DNA of 64,000 nucleotides from Escherichia coli (GTDB lineage: Bacteria > Pseudomonadota > Gammaproteobacteria > Enterobacterales > Enterobacteriaceae), in assembly GCF_044324785.1 (NCBI RefSeq), contig NZ_CP172127.1. One strand, given 5' to 3'. Position numbers and translations under genes: made by a program. The notes beneath the pieces were generated by a model. That model was given only the letters and a program-made list of their open reading frames with translations, was not told the DNA's origin and made no database searches. Every line of letters starts with the position of its first letter. The stretch's first letter is position 1. Of this stretch, positions 41,690-53,988 are shown piece after piece.

Positions 41690-44600
41690 AAATTCTCAGC
41701 CTGCGCCTGAAAAACCTGAACTCATTAAAAGGCGAATGGAAGATTGATTTCACCCGCGAGCCGTTCGCCAGCAACGGGCTGTTTGCCATTACCGGCCCAA
41801 CCGGTGCGGGGAAAACCACCCTGCTGGACGCCATTTGTCTGGCGCTGTATCACGAAACTCCGCGCCTCTCTAACGTTTCACAATCGCAAAATGATCTCAT
41901 GACCCGCGATACCGCCGAATGTCTGGCGGAGGTGGAGTTTGAAGTGAAAGGTGAAGCGTATCGCGCGTTCTGGAGCCAGAATCGGGCGCGTAACCAGCCC
42001 GACGGTAATTTGCAGGTGCCACGCGTAGAGCTGGCGCGCTGCGCCGACGGCAAAATTCTCGCCGACAAAGTGAAAGATAAGCTGGAACTGACGGCGACGT
42101 TAACCGGACTGGATTACGGGCGCTTCACCCGTTCGATGCTGCTTTCGCAGGGGCAATTTGCTGCCTTCCTGAATGCCAAACCCAAAGAACGCGCGGAATT
42201 GCTCGAGGAGTTAACCGGCACTGAAATCTACGGACAAATCTCGTCGATGGTGTTTGAGCAGCACAAATCGGCCCGCACTGAGCTGGAGAAGCTGCAAGCG
42301 CAGGCCAGCGGCGTCGCGTTGCTCACGCCGGAACAAGTGCAATCGCTGACAGCGAGTTTGCAGGTACTTACTGACGAAGAAAAACAGTTACTTACCGCGC
42401 AGCAGCAAGAACAACAATCACTAAACTGGTTAACGCGTCTGGACGAATTGCAGCAAGAAGCCAGCCGCCGTCAACAGGCCTTGCAACAGGCGTTAGCCGA
42501 AGAAGAAAAAGCGCAACCTCAACTGGCGGCGCTTAGTCTGGCACAACCGGCACGAAATCTTCGTCCACACTGGGAACGCATCGCAGAACACAGCGCGGCG
42601 CTGGCGCATACTCGCCAGCAGATTAAAGAAGTAAATACTCGCTTACAGAGCACAATGGCGCTTCGGGCGAGCATTCGCCACCACGCGGCGAAGCAGTCTG
42701 CAGAATTACAGCAGCAGCAACAAAGCCTGAATGCCTGGTTACAGGAACACGACCGCTTCCGTCAGTGGAACAACGAACTGGCAGGTTGGCGTGCGCAGTT
42801 CTCCCAACAAACCAGCGATCGCGAGCATCTGCGGCAATGGCAGCAGCAGTTAACCCATGCTGAGCAAAAACTTAATGCGCTTGCGGCGATCACGTTGACG
42901 TTAACCGCCGATGAAGTTGCTACCGCCCTGGCGCAACATGCTGAGCAACGCCCACTGCGTCAGCGCCTGGTCGCGCTGCATGGACAGATTGTTCCCCAAC
43001 AAAAACGCCTGGCGCAATTACAGGTCGCTATCCAGAATGTCACGCAAGAACAGACGCAACGTAACGCCGCACTTAACGAAATGCGCCAGCGTTATAAAGA
43101 AAAAACGCAGCAACTTGCCGATGTGAAAACCATTTGCGAGCAGGAAGCGCGCATCAAAACGCTGGAAGCTCAACGTGCACAGTTACAGGCGGGTCAGCCT
43201 TGTCCACTTTGTGGTTCCACCAGCCACCCGGCGGTCGAGGCGTATCAGGCGCTGGAGCCTGGCGTTAATCAGTCTCGATTACTGGCGCTGGAAAACGAAG
43301 TTAAAAAGCTCGGTGAAGAAGGTGCGACGCTACGTGGGCAACTGGACGCCTTAACAAAGCAACTTCAGCGTGATGAAAACGAAGCGCAAAGCCTCCGACA
43401 AGATGAGCAAGCACTTACTCAACAATGGCAAGCCGTCACGGCCAGCCTCAATATCACCTTGCAGCCACAGGACGATATTCAACCGTGGCTGGATGCACAA
43501 GATGAGCACGAACGCCAGCTGCGGTTACTCAGCCAACGGCATGAATTACAAGGGCAGATTGCCGCGCATAATCAGCAAATTATCCATTATCAACAGCAAA
43601 TTGAACAACGCCAGCAGCAGCTCTTAACGGCATTGGCGGGTTATGCACTGACATTGCCACAGGAAGATGAAGAAGAGAGCTGGTTGGCGACACGTCAGCA
43701 AGAAGCGCAGAGCTGGCAGCAACGCCAGAACGAATTAACCGCGCTGCAAAACCGTATTCAGCAGCTGACGCCGATTCTGGAAACGTTGCCGCAAAGTGAT
43801 GATCTCCCGCACAGCGAAGAAACTGTGGCGCTGGAAAACTGGCGGCAGGTTCATGAACAATGTCTCGCATTACACAGCCAGCAGCAGACGTTACAGCAAC
43901 AGGACGTTCTGGCGGCGCAAAGTCTGCAAAAAGCCCAGGCGCAGTTTGACACCGCGCTACAGGCCAGCGTCTTTGACGATCAGCAGGCGTTCCTTGCGGC
44001 GCTAATGGATGAACAAACACTAACGCAGCTGGAACAGCTCAAGCAGAATCTGGAAAACCAGCGCCGTCAGGCGCAAACGCTGGTCACTCAGACAGCAGAA
44101 GCGCTGGCACAGCATCAGCAACACCGACCTGGCGGGTTGGCTCTCACTGTGACGGGGGAGCAGATTCAGCAAGAGTTAGCGCAAACTCACCAAAAGTTGC
44201 GTGAAAACACCACCAGTCAGGGCGAGATTCGCCAGCAGCTGAAGCAGGATGCAGATAACCGTCAGCAACAACAAACCTTACTGCAGCAAATTGCTCAAAT
44301 GACGCAGCAGGTTGAGGACTGGGGATATCTGAATTCGCTAATAGGTTCCAAAGAGGGCGATAAATTCCGCAAATTTGCCCAAGGACTGACGCTGGATAAT
44401 TTAGTCCATCTCGCTAATCAGCAACTTACCCGGCTGCACGGGCGCTATCTGTTACAGCGCAAAGCCAGCGAGGCTCTGGAAGTCGAGGTTGTTGATACCT
44501 GGCAGGCAGATGCGGTACGCGATACTCGTACCCTTTCCGGTGGCGAGAGTTTCCTCGTCAGTCTGGCGCTGGCACTGGCGCTTTCAGATCTGGTCAGCCA

Positions 44601-44829
44601 TAAAACGCGTATTGACTCGCTGTTCCTTGATGAAGGTTTTGGCACGCTGGATAGCGAAACGCTGGATACCGCCCTTGATGCGCTGGATGCCCTGAACGCC
44701 AGCGGCAAAACCATCGGTGTGATTAGCCACGTTGAAGCGATGAAAGAGCGTATTCCAGTGCAGATCAAAGTGAAAAAGATCAACGGCCTGGGCTACAGCA
44801 AACTGGAAAGTACGTTTGCAGTGAAATAA
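41686..44829 (+). CDS. sbcC: Nuclease SbcCD subunit C (SMC-like ATPase)
   Basis: ORF track 1047 aa; Walker [10 protein letters not shown]; long coiled coil; ATGA overlap with sbcD. Confidence 0.95.
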
Positions 44830-44954
44830 CTATTCAGCAGGATAATGAATACAGAGGGGCGAATTATCTCTTGGCCTCGCTGGCCGTTATCCTGCAAGCT
44901 ATCACTTTATTGGCTACGGTGATTGGTAGCCGTTCTGGTGGTTGTGATGGTGGT

Positions 44955-46139
44955 ATGAAAAAAGTCATTTTATCTTTGGCTCTGGGCACGTTTGGTTTGG
45001 GGATGGCAGAATTTGGCATTATGGGCGTGCTCACGGAGCTGGCGCATAACGTAGGAATTTCGATTCCTGCTGCCGGGCATATGATCTCGTATTATGCGCT
45101 GGGAGTGGTGGTCGGTGCGCCAATCATCGCCCTCTTTTCCAGCCGCTACTCACTCAAACATATCTTGTTGTTTCTGGTGGCGTTGTGCGTCATTGGCAAC
45201 GCCATGTTCACGCTCTCTTCGTCTTACCTGATGCTCGCCATTGGTCGGCTGGTTTCCGGCTTTCCGCATGGTGCATTTTTTGGCGTCGGCGCGATCGTGT
45301 TATCGAAAATTATCAAACCCGGCAAAGTCACCGCCGCCGTGGCGGGGATGGTTTCCGGGATGACAGTCGCCAATTTGCTGGGCATTCCGCTGGGAACGTA
45401 TTTAAGTCAGGAATTTAGCTGGCGTTACACCTTTTTATTGATTGCTGTTTTTAATATTGCGGTGATGGCATCGGTCTATTTTTGGGTGCCGGATATTCGC
45501 GACGAGGCGAAAGGAAAGCTACGCGAACAATTTCACTTTTTGCGCAGCCCGGCCCCGTGGTTAATTTTCGCCGCCACCATGTTTGGCAACGCAGGTGTGT
45601 TTGCCTGGTTCAGCTACGTAAAGCCATACATGATGTTTATTTCCGGTTTTTCGGAAACGGCGATGACCTTTATTATGATGTTAGTTGGGCTAGGGATGGT
45701 GCTGGGGAATGTGTTAAGTGGCCGGATTTCAGGACGTTATTCACCACTGCGCATTGCGGCAGTAACTGACTTTATTATTGTGCTGACACTGCTGATGCTC
45801 TTTTTCTTCGGCGGCATGAAAACAACGTCGCTTATTTTTGCATTTATTTGTTGCGCGGGATTATTTGCCCTTTCAGCACCACTGCAAATATTGTTACTGC
45901 AAAATGCCAAAGGCGGAGAGTTATTAGGTGCCGCTGGTGGGCAAATAGCGTTTAACCTCGGTAGCGCCGTCGGCGCATATTGCGGAGGTATGATGCTGAC
46001 GCTGGGGCTGGCATATAATTACGTGGCGCTGCCTGCCGCCCTGCTTTCGTTTGCTGCGATGTCATCGTTGCTGCTGTATGGTCGCTATAAGCGCCAGCAA
46101 GCGGCGGATAGTCCGGTGCTGGCGAAACCACTGGGGTAG
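44955..46139 (+). CDS. araJ: MFS transporter AraJ
   Basis: ORF track frame trimmed to MKKVILSLALGTFGLG...; 394 aa. Confidence 0.9.
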   Translation: MKKVILSLALGTFGLGMAEFGIMGVLTELAHNVGISIPAAGHMISYYALGVVVGAPIIALFSSRYSLKHILLFLVALCVIGNAMFTLSSSYLMLAIGRLVSGFPHGAFFGVGAIVLSKIIKPGKVTAAVAGMVSGMTVANLLGIPLGTYLSQEFSWRYTFLLIAVFNIAVMASVYFWVPDIRDEAKGKLREQFHFLRSPAPWLIFAATMFGNAGVFAWFSYVKPYMMFISGFSETAMTFIMMLVGLGMVLGNVLSGRISGRYSPLRIAAVTDFIIVLTLLMLFFFGGMKTTSLIFAFICCAGLFALSAPLQILLLQNAKGGELLGAAGGQIAFNLGSAVGAYCGGMMLTLGLAYNYVALPAALLSFAAMSSLLLYGRYKRQQAADSPVLAKPLG

Positions 46140-46164
46140 ATTACTGTCACGGTGCGCGTTGCTT

Positions 46165-46270
46165 ATTGCCGGATGAGGCGTGAACGCGTTATCGGCCTGC
46201 GGTTCCGGCACATTTTGCAGGCCTGATAAGACGCGGCATCGCATCAGGCATGATGCGCCAATTGCCTACG
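46165..46270. repeat. REP cluster (BIME) between araJ and mak
   Basis: tgccggatgaggcgtgaacgcgttatcggcctgc and gcctgataagacgcggcatcgcatcaggc read directly. Confidence 0.8.
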
Positions 46271-46274
46271 TTTT

Positions 46275-47183
46275 TTACTCTTGTGGCCATAACCACGCAG
46301 CGCCGCGTACGCCGCTGGAATCACCGTGCTTCGCCTTACGCACCGGCGTTTCACATTCGCCGCCGAAGACAAATTGTTTAATCAACTGCGGAACCGTTTG
46401 ATATAAACGGTCTACATTGCTCATCCCGCCCCCCAGGACAATCACATCCGGATCGAGAATATTCACGACATGTGCCAGCGATTTTGCCAGCCGCAGCTCG
46501 TAGCGACGCAATGCCAGTTCCGCTACCGGATCACTTTCTTCAACCAGGCGGATAATTTCACTGCCTTTCAGCGCATGTCCGCTCAAACGACGATAATCCG
46601 TCGCGAATCCCGTGCCCGAAATAAAGGTTTCAATACAACCTTGTTTACCGCAATAACAAGGGACTTCCTCGCGATAACGCAGTTCGTCTTCGTCCATCCA
46701 CGGTAGCGGATTGTGTCCCCACTCACCTGCCGTGCCATTGCCGCCGATATGCGCCCGCCCATTGAATGCCACGCCCGCGCCGCATCCCGTGCCGATAATC
46801 ACGGCAAATACCGTCTGCGCTCCCGCTGCCGCGCCATCTACTGCTTCTGAAACCGCCAGACAGTTAGCGTCATTTGCCAGCCGCACTTCCCGCTGCAACC
46901 TCGCGCTTAAGTCTTTATCGAATGGCTGACCGTTGAGCCAGGTTGAATTGGCATTCTTCACCACACCGGTGTAAGGCGAAATTGAGCCAGGAATGCCCAT
47001 ACCTACCGTTCCGCGCTGCCCCGTCGCCTGCTCCGCCATATCAACCAACGTGGCGATCGTTTCAATAGTCTGCCAGTAATCATCACGCGGCGTGGGCAGA
47101 CGATGGCGGTACAACTGCTCCCCTGCATCGCCCAGTGCAATCACTTCAGTTTTGGTGCCGCCTAAATCGATACCTATACGCAC
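46275..47183 (-). CDS. mak: Fructokinase/manno(fructo)kinase (ROK family)
   Basis: ORF track frame trimmed to GTG start ([14 protein letters not shown]...); 302 aa. Confidence 0.9.
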   Translation of the reverse strand: MRIGIDLGGTKTEVIALGDAGEQLYRHRLPTPRDDYWQTIETIATLVDMAEQATGQRGTVGMGIPGSISPYTGVVKNANSTWLNGQPFDKDLSARLQREVRLANDANCLAVSEAVDGAAAGAQTVFAVIIGTGCGAGVAFNGRAHIGGNGTAGEWGHNPLPWMDEDELRYREEVPCYCGKQGCIETFISGTGFATDYRRLSGHALKGSEIIRLVEESDPVAELALRRYELRLAKSLAHVVNILDPDVIVLGGGMSNVDRLYQTVPQLIKQFVFGGECETPVRKAKHGDSSGVRGAAWLWPQE

Positions 47184-47307
47184 GGTACTCTCCTTATTTT
47201 TTTCAATATCAATAGCGTAGAGACGGACAACCGGATTGGCAATGCAAGGCCGCCGACAATTCGTTATCATGCCCGCTAAATTTAACGACAAGGCCGTGGA
47301 AATTATC

Positions 47308-48219
47308 ATGCTGTGGTTCAAAAATTTAATGGTTTACCGTCTTAGCCGCGAGATTTCGCTGCGTGCAGAAGAGATGGAAAAACAGCTAGCCTCGATGGCA
47401 TTTACCCCATGCGGCAGCCAGGACATGGCGAAGATGGGCTGGGTTCCTCCGATGGGATCGCACAGCGATGCGTTAACGCACGTTGCCAATGGTCAAATTG
47501 TTATCTGCGCGCGCAAAGAAGAAAAAATCCTCCCGTCTCCGGTGATTAAACAGGCGCTGGAAGCGAAAATCGCCAAACTGGAAGCGGAACAGGCGCGTAA
47601 GCTGAAGAAAACCGAAAAAGATTCGCTGAAAGACGAAGTGCTGCATTCTCTGCTGCCGCGTGCTTTCAGCCGTTTTAGCCAGACAATGATGTGGATCGAC
47701 ACGGTTAACGGTTTGATTATGGTGGACTGCGCCAGTGCCAAAAAAGCGGAAGATACGCTGGCATTACTGCGTAAAAGCCTGGGGTCGTTACCGGTTGTAC
47801 CATTGAGCATGGAAAACCCGGTTGAACTGACGCTGACCGAATGGGTACGCTCCGGCAGCGCAGCACAGGGCTTCCAGCTGCTTGATGAAGCCGAGCTGAA
47901 ATCACTGCTGGAAGATGGCGGCGTGATCCGCGCGAAGAAACAAGATCTGACCAGCGAAGAGATCACCAATCACATTGAAGCCGGAAAAGTGGTGACTAAA
48001 CTGGCGCTCGACTGGCAGCAGCGCATTCAGTTTGTGATGTGCGACGATGGTTCGCTCAAGCGTCTGAAGTTCTGCGACGAGCTGCGCGATCAAAACGAAG
48101 ATATCGACCGTGAAGATTTCGCCCAGCGTTTTGATGCCGATTTCATCCTGATGACTGGTGAACTGGCAGCGTTAATTCAAAACCTGATCGAAGGATTAGG
48201 TGGCGAAGCTCAACGTTAA
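47308..48219 (+). CDS. rdgC: Recombination-associated protein RdgC
   Basis: ORF track frame trimmed to [26 protein letters not shown]...; 303 aa. Confidence 0.92.
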   Translation: MLWFKNLMVYRLSREISLRAEEMEKQLASMAFTPCGSQDMAKMGWVPPMGSHSDALTHVANGQIVICARKEEKILPSPVIKQALEAKIAKLEAEQARKLKKTEKDSLKDEVLHSLLPRAFSRFSQTMMWIDTVNGLIMVDCASAKKAEDTLALLRKSLGSLPVVPLSMENPVELTLTEWVRSGSAAQGFQLLDEAELKSLLEDGGVIRAKKQDLTSEEITNHIEAGKVVTKLALDWQQRIQFVMCDDGSLKRLKFCDELRDQNEDIDREDFAQRFDADFILMTGELAALIQNLIEGLGGEAQR

Positions 48220-48237
48220 TTGCTGATTTTCCTTTAA

Positions 48238-48275
48238 TGCCGGATGCGACGCCTGCCGCGTCTTATCCGGCGTAC
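48238..48275. repeat. REP element downstream of rdgC
   Basis: tgccggatgcgacgcctgccgcgtcttatccggcgtac read directly. Confidence 0.8.
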
Positions 48276-48296
48276 GAAGCTACACCAGGCATATAA

Positions 48297-48752
48297 TTAT
48301 TCGCTACGGCGGGCAATAATTTTTAGCGCAGCAATATTATGCGTTTTACGCCGTAACTGATCTAATCGTCTCATCCCTATTCGCCTGTCAGCAGCACGCA
48401 GAATATTCACTAACCCCCATTTATCGCTGGTAAATTGTTTTGTTAACAGCTCCGCTTTTGGAGTATCAATATATTCACGCAATAAATCTGAAATTGAACA
48501 AATATCCGTCAGGTATGGATACCAGCAAGTTTCACCGTGAAAATTACGCACTCCACCGTTACCTGCAATAAAGTCTTTCGGGTAATCCCAGATCACGTTT
48601 TTATCCAACGTGATCCAATAACGAGGTAAATCGGTGCTTCCACCATTTTGGCTGCGCATGGGATAACGGGTACAGTGAATTTGCAGGTTGATCGTTGGCG
48701 TCAGTATGTCATAGATCTCCCGTTGTAACTTGCTCCATGGGCGTTGTGTCAT
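48297..48752 (-). CDS. Accessory gene: hypothetical 151-aa protein, translationally coupled to the upstream 762-aa gene
   Basis: ORF track 151 aa; ATG overlaps upstream stop (ATGA at 48749-48752); SD GAGGA in the upstream gene's last codons; may correspond to the short K-12 remnant ykiA (recollection, unverified). Confidence 0.7.
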   Translation of the reverse strand: MTQRPWSKLQREIYDILTPTINLQIHCTRYPMRSQNGGSTDLPRYWITLDKNVIWDYPKDFIAGNGGVRNFHGETCWYPYLTDICSISDLLREYIDTPKAELLTKQFTSDKWGLVNILRAADRRIGMRRLDQLRRKTHNIAALKIIARRSE

Positions 48753-51037
48753 TGTTTTTCCTCAAGCCGGTGACGCGCTTCACTGCGAATTTTCCGCGTT
48801 GCCCCTGTTTTCACTAAATCACGTAACAGCGAAAGATCGGGTTGATCGACAAATAAGAGTAATGATGGATCCTCTTTTAACCACGTCGTTTTCACATCGG
48901 CAGCCAACTGTGGATTATTAATAACCAACGCCCGATCCTGAGGCTCAGTCAATGTCGTTAACAAAGACGCCGGGGTATGTGCGTTGCGCAATGCCGTTTG
49001 GCGCAAATGATCATTGCGACTTTGCAGCAATGCACGCCACCATTCATCATCTGATTTATCTTTTATCGTAGCCAGTTCCGCAAAAATATCGCTATCCTCA
49101 CTGTTCCAGCGGTGTAGTCCTCTTTCACTTTGCCTACGGGTGCTATTTTTCATACTGACAACAGCCAGCGCCCAGTCAGAGTTGAAGCGATACTGTTGAT
49201 CGAGTTTGTTGATAATTCCGGAAGGTAAATCTTTATTATCAAATAATTGGTTACGCATTCGATAGCGGTATTCAGCGGGTAAATCAACCAGTAAATCAAT
49301 GGCATTATTTAACATCTCTTCGTCAACAACACCATTATCAATCAGCGCCAGCTGTACTTCATAGACTTGCTCTTGATCTTCTTGCCGTTTGCTCATCATT
49401 AAATTTAATGTGCGTTGCCATAATTGTTTTTTATATTCCAGCGGCAACAATTTATCGCGTGCCAGCTCATCCCAGACGGAGGGAATATCATGCTGAGTGA
49501 GTAGATAACTAATCACTTCCTTCGACGTCAGATAACGCGCACCTTCGCGTAAATTGTGCACATCTTCCTTTGCCAGAGACAGTTGACGCGACTCAGGTAA
49601 CGCTATCAATAACGCCTTCACGATATTTTTATTTTCTTTATTATCCAGATACATTTGTTCTGCGATACGTTCAATATCCTCTGTACGCAGGGTTGCTGAC
49701 AGTTGAGTAATTTTTAGTTCAGTAAGCGTCCGGGCTAATGCTTCACGAACTTTGAGTGATTTATCTTTACTCAACATCACAGCTTGTTGTGCGATTAAAT
49801 CTGCTCCGGTAATTCTTTCGCGTAACTCCGGGTCTTCACTATTTATCAACTCATCGACCACTGCAGTCGGAACCAGCCAGGCGTAATCGTAATGGCTAAT
49901 TAATGTCTTGCGCACACTGAGAAAAGGGCTATGACTTAATGCCGCAACAATATCAGGAGAAAGATTATCCTGTCTGGCCTGCTCCAGCTGTACGCTCTCG
50001 ACGGGTACAGACATTAATTTTTTATTCACTTCGGCGGAAATGTTACTGTTTTTAACCAGCCCTCTGGCAACAGCTTCATCTTTAATTAATTCATCGGTAA
50101 GCAAATGCATCTGTTGAGCGGGCCAGGACTGCGCCATCGATTCACGCGTCTGGTCATCGGGGTGCTGTAGCAGTTGCAGCATAACGGCGGTTGACAAACT
50201 TTCTATATGAGTCAGAAAACGTGCCACCAGTGGATCTTCATGCTTTATTTTATCCGCAGGGAAATTATCGAGTTTCCCCGTTTCAATCCATTTTAATTTC
50301 TCATTAATTTCAGGAGCGGCTTTATCTCGAAAAAGAGGTAAACCCTGAACGATATTGTCTGCGACGCTGTCATAGTCAGGATACGCATTGGAAATATTAT
50401 CGGTTTCGATTTCACTATGATCATAAAGATTAGGCGTCACCAGTGAATAGGCTTTTTGAATATTCTCATCCCAGTTATATTCTTCACCACTTCCATCTTC
50501 ATTGATATAAAATTCAGCTTTAATGACTTCAAATTGCGTTGCTTTATCGGAAACAATAATGCCTCGCGCACTAATTCCCTTCATCACTTCAAAGTTATGA
50601 TCATTGTAATCAGCATAAACTAAACCTTTCGCTGTCATCTGTCCTTTGACATACGCGAAATCATGATTAATAAAGTTATCGACAATAACATTACCTAATA
50701 CAATCAGATGACCATTACCTGACAGATAATCATCATAATCGCCGGAAATCGTTAAATTACCGTTCACCACCAGTTTATTTTGATTGCTGAAGTTAGCGGG
50801 TAATGATAGGTCACCATTATGATAATACCAGCGGATATTATCTTTTAGCATATAAGCAGCTTCCATACTATCGTCGGTTGCCGCTTTAACCACGTTGCGC
50901 TCATCTGCCGTCATAAGATGAAAGTCAGAGGTGATAAGGTCCTCGCTACTGATCCACTCTGTGGCACATGCATTGCCAGTCATAAAAAACACGACCATAC
51001 AGATGACCAATATTTTAATTCTATTCATAATCTTCAC
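48749..51037 (-). CDS. Accessory gene: hypothetical 762-aa exported protein (Sec-type signal peptide, Asn/Gly-rich beta-rich N-domain, long alpha-helical repeat C-domain)
   Basis: ORF track 762 aa; first codon is GTG, ATG at 51028 gives MNRIKILVICMVVFFMTGNACA|TEW; AT-rich relative to neighbours; not present in the K-12 rdgC–ppnP interval as recalled. Confidence 0.75.
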   Translation of the reverse strand: MKIMNRIKILVICMVVFFMTGNACATEWISSEDLITSDFHLMTADERNVVKAATDDSMEAAYMLKDNIRWYYHNGDLSLPANFSNQNKLVVNGNLTISGDYDDYLSGNGHLIVLGNVIVDNFINHDFAYVKGQMTAKGLVYADYNDHNFEVMKGISARGIIVSDKATQFEVIKAEFYINEDGSGEEYNWDENIQKAYSLVTPNLYDHSEIETDNISNAYPDYDSVADNIVQGLPLFRDKAAPEINEKLKWIETGKLDNFPADKIKHEDPLVARFLTHIESLSTAVMLQLLQHPDDQTRESMAQSWPAQQMHLLTDELIKDEAVARGLVKNSNISAEVNKKLMSVPVESVQLEQARQDNLSPDIVAALSHSPFLSVRKTLISHYDYAWLVPTAVVDELINSEDPELRERITGADLIAQQAVMLSKDKSLKVREALARTLTELKITQLSATLRTEDIERIAEQMYLDNKENKNIVKALLIALPESRQLSLAKEDVHNLREGARYLTSKEVISYLLTQHDIPSVWDELARDKLLPLEYKKQLWQRTLNLMMSKRQEDQEQVYEVQLALIDNGVVDEEMLNNAIDLLVDLPAEYRYRMRNQLFDNKDLPSGIINKLDQQYRFNSDWALAVVSMKNSTRRQSERGLHRWNSEDSDIFAELATIKDKSDDEWWRALLQSRNDHLRQTALRNAHTPASLLTTLTEPQDRALVINNPQLAADVKTTWLKEDPSLLLFVDQPDLSLLRDLVKTGATRKIRSEARHRLEEKQ

Positions 51038-51171
51038 TGATATTTATATCAACCTTGATGAATTATGAATATATCGGAAATCGAAAAAATCCCAGCAAAG
51101 GAAATATTATTATGGGTTAAAGAGAGGACATTTCAGAAAAATGCCCTCCCGTTCAAGGGGAAGGCGAGGAA

Positions 51172-51456
51172 TTACAGATAGCGGCACAGATAAGAGGTGG
51201 GTTCGGCAACTTGCAGATGAAACTCGCTGTGACCGGGAACATTAAACACCGAACCGGCTTCATACACCTGCCAGTCGGTCGCGTCAGGCAGTAACACATT
51301 CAGAGCGCCACTGATTACCGTCATCTCTTCCGGCTCAGCGGTGCTGAAGGTGTATTCGCCTTCAACCATAACACCCACGCTGGCGCGACCAGTGCTGCTG
51401 CTGGAAAAGCCGATCGATTTCACTTTGCCGGAAAAGTACTCATTACTTTGAAGCAT
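51172..51456 (-). CDS. ppnP: Pyrimidine/purine nucleoside phosphorylase
   Basis: ORF track 94 aa (formerly yaiE). Confidence 0.92.
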
Positions 51457-51527
51457 AAACTGGCCCTGTCTGGTAGTTGAACATCTACTTCACTATAGGG
51501 GCCAGAGGCGCTGGCTGTCACGCAAAA

Positions 51528-52205
51528 TTACACCAGTAATTCCGCAGCTAGCCGTGCAATCAATACGTTAGACAGCAAGACAGGAACATCGAGCTGTTTT
51601 TGCAGTAAATCGCGATGACGCTGGTTAAATCCCAAACAATCCAGCATGATGACATCAGCCCCTTTTGCCAGTAATTCTTTCCCGGCATCAATGATTTTTT
51701 GTTCCGAATCATGAATGGGGTTACCCAATGAAAATACTGGCGGTTTCTGCAAAATTTGCCATTTTTGCGCCTGAACGGTCAGCAACTCCTCAACCGGTAC
51801 GATAACCCCCACCTGATGATCTTCAACAATAGAGGAAACCAGCGGTGGCAATATCCGCGACGGCTCAAGAAAGATCGTATTACGCGCGGTCATACTACTA
51901 ATGTTTGCTGTACTCATTAATATAATGACGTCGTAACCCTGATTATCGAGCACTTCAACCACACCTTGCAGGTCTCGTTCCACTTTACGACGCGAAACAT
52001 GGGCCAGCTGGTTGTCATTTAATAATGTGAGAATTGTGTCTTCGCCTGCTTCTGGCGCGTACTCCGCCATCACTTCTTCGCGGCTTAACTTCCCCAGCAG
52101 GCTATGATGGGAAATATTATCTTCGTCAATGTATTCTGTCAGGAGCGGCAAAACTTCCTGCATAGGTACAATGCCGATGGTCAGGATCGCCAACGACGCA
52201 CTCAT
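51528..52205 (-). CDS. aroM: Protein AroM
   Basis: ORF track 225 aa; aroL-yaiA-aroM order. Confidence 0.92.
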   Translation of the reverse strand: MSASLAILTIGIVPMQEVLPLLTEYIDEDNISHHSLLGKLSREEVMAEYAPEAGEDTILTLLNDNQLAHVSRRKVERDLQGVVEVLDNQGYDVIILMSTANISSMTARNTIFLEPSRILPPLVSSIVEDHQVGVIVPVEELLTVQAQKWQILQKPPVFSLGNPIHDSEQKIIDAGKELLAKGADVIMLDCLGFNQRHRDLLQKQLDVPVLLSNVLIARLAAELLV

Positions 52206-52462
52206 TGTTCTTCCACCTTACTTTTATTTCGTCGTTAATTACCGGGCAAGCGCTAAGCACCACTGCTGACACTTACCTGTGCTACAAATGACAAAAAGCG
52301 TAGCAGCAGACCTGCACGGCATAATGTAAAGATTCCAAATGATTCCAGTAATGGATTGTTATTGTTTAATATTCTAATTATTTGAAAAACATGAATTGTG
52401 AAAAATGTGACGCAGATCCCTTGTGGTGGCACTCAGAATCCCTTCCGAGCAGTCTGATGCGG

Positions 52463-52663
<201 letters not shown>

Positions 52664-52703
52664 TTATTTCACGGGATGAACGTTAAGTATAGGCGCTCGA
52701 AAA

Positions 52704-53228
52704 TCAACAATTGATCGTCTGTGCCAGGGCACTGCGAATTTCAGAAATCACCTGGCTGGGTTCGTTTGTTGCGTCGATGATAATATGCGCAACTTCGCGA
52801 TAAAGCGCATCGCGTTCTTCCAGCACTTCCTGAACTTCTTCGCTCAGCGGTTTCCCCGTTAAGGTTGGCCGTAAATCTTCTTCCGGTGCAGCTTGCAGTC
52901 GGTTAACCAGGACTGATACTGGCGCACACAAATAAACCACGATCCCGTTATTTTGCATGAAGTGACGATTAAATTCCGTCAGAATAATGCCGCCGCCTGT
53001 AGCGATAACGGTGGATGGCGCAGTTACCGCTTCCAGCGCCGCCGTTTCTCTGGCGCGAAATCCCGCCCACTCTTCCCTTTCGACGATCTCCGCGACCGTC
53101 ATATTGAGCTGTGATTGCAACCACTGATCGGTATCGACAAACCGACGGTTAAGCGAATCGGCAAGGGCCATTCCGACCGTTGTTTTACCACAGCCCCGAG
53201 GCCCGATCAGAAAAAGAGGTTGTGTCAT
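52704..53228 (-). CDS. aroL: Shikimate kinase II
   Basis: ORF track 174 aa; Walker [10 protein letters not shown]. Confidence 0.95.
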
Positions 53229-53391
53229 CGTGGGTTTTCCCCAATAGGTCGCAATGCGGCGAAAGCCGGTGTCATGAGAATAGCGATCATACCATCAAAC
53301 TAGTACAATTTCGATTGTAAAGAAAAAATTCCACTTAAAGTGAAAATCTCAATACATCCCTTACTATACCAATAAATATTCAAGAATGAAG

Positions 53392-53409
53392 TGTAAATAA
53401 TAAATTACA
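53392..53409 (-). promoter_or_regulatory. Candidate TyrR box upstream of aroL
   Basis: TGTAAAtaataaATTACA matches TGTAAA-N6-TTTACA in 11/12 half-site positions; aroL is a known TyrR target; position unusually far upstream. Confidence 0.35.
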
Positions 53410-53410
53410 T

Positions 53411-53869
53411 TCAGCCACGACTACGTTGCACTTCCAGCCACCACTTCTCCAGCTCCGCGGCAAAGGCCTGGCGGTCACGTTGTGAAAGGCTATCTGGTCC
53501 CCCGGTCTGGATCCCACTGGCGCGTAAGGTATCCATAAAATCGCGCATCGTCAGGCGCTCACGAATGGTCGCTGGCGTGTAACGTTCGCCGCGCGGATTA
53601 AGCGCCGCAGCGCCTTTCTCGATGGCTTCAGCAGCCAAAGGTATATCTGCGGTGATCACCAAATCGCCCGCTTCACACTGCCGGACAATTTCGTTATCGG
53701 CAACGTCGAAACCTGCCGCGACGCGCAGCGTACGAATAAATCGCGATGGCGGCACGCGTAAACTCTGGTTTGCTACCAGTACCAGCGGCATCTGCATACG
53801 TTCCGCCGCGCGATACAAAATCTCTTTAATTACATTGGGACACGCGTCGGCATCCACCCAAATTGTCAT
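53411..53869 (-). CDS. yaiI: UPF0178 protein YaiI
   Basis: ORF track frame trimmed to [18 protein letters not shown]...; 152 aa. Confidence 0.9.
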   Translation of the reverse strand: MTIWVDADACPNVIKEILYRAAERMQMPLVLVANQSLRVPPSRFIRTLRVAAGFDVADNEIVRQCEAGDLVITADIPLAAEAIEKGAAALNPRGERYTPATIRERLTMRDFMDTLRASGIQTGGPDSLSQRDRQAFAAELEKWWLEVQRSRG

Positions 53870-53988
53870 AAAGTCATCCTTTGTTGGGTAATCCTCTATT
53901 GTGTCGCGCTTTTGCCTTCCGGCATAGTTCTGTTTATGCTTCTGCCAGCGATTATCAAAACAATGAATTTCACGGCAGGAGTGAGGCA

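Noticed and set aside
48749-51037. 762-aa protein as a type III secreted effector
   Set aside because: It has a classical Sec signal peptide (basic n-region, hydrophobic core, A-x-A-type cleavage site), which T3SS substrates lack.
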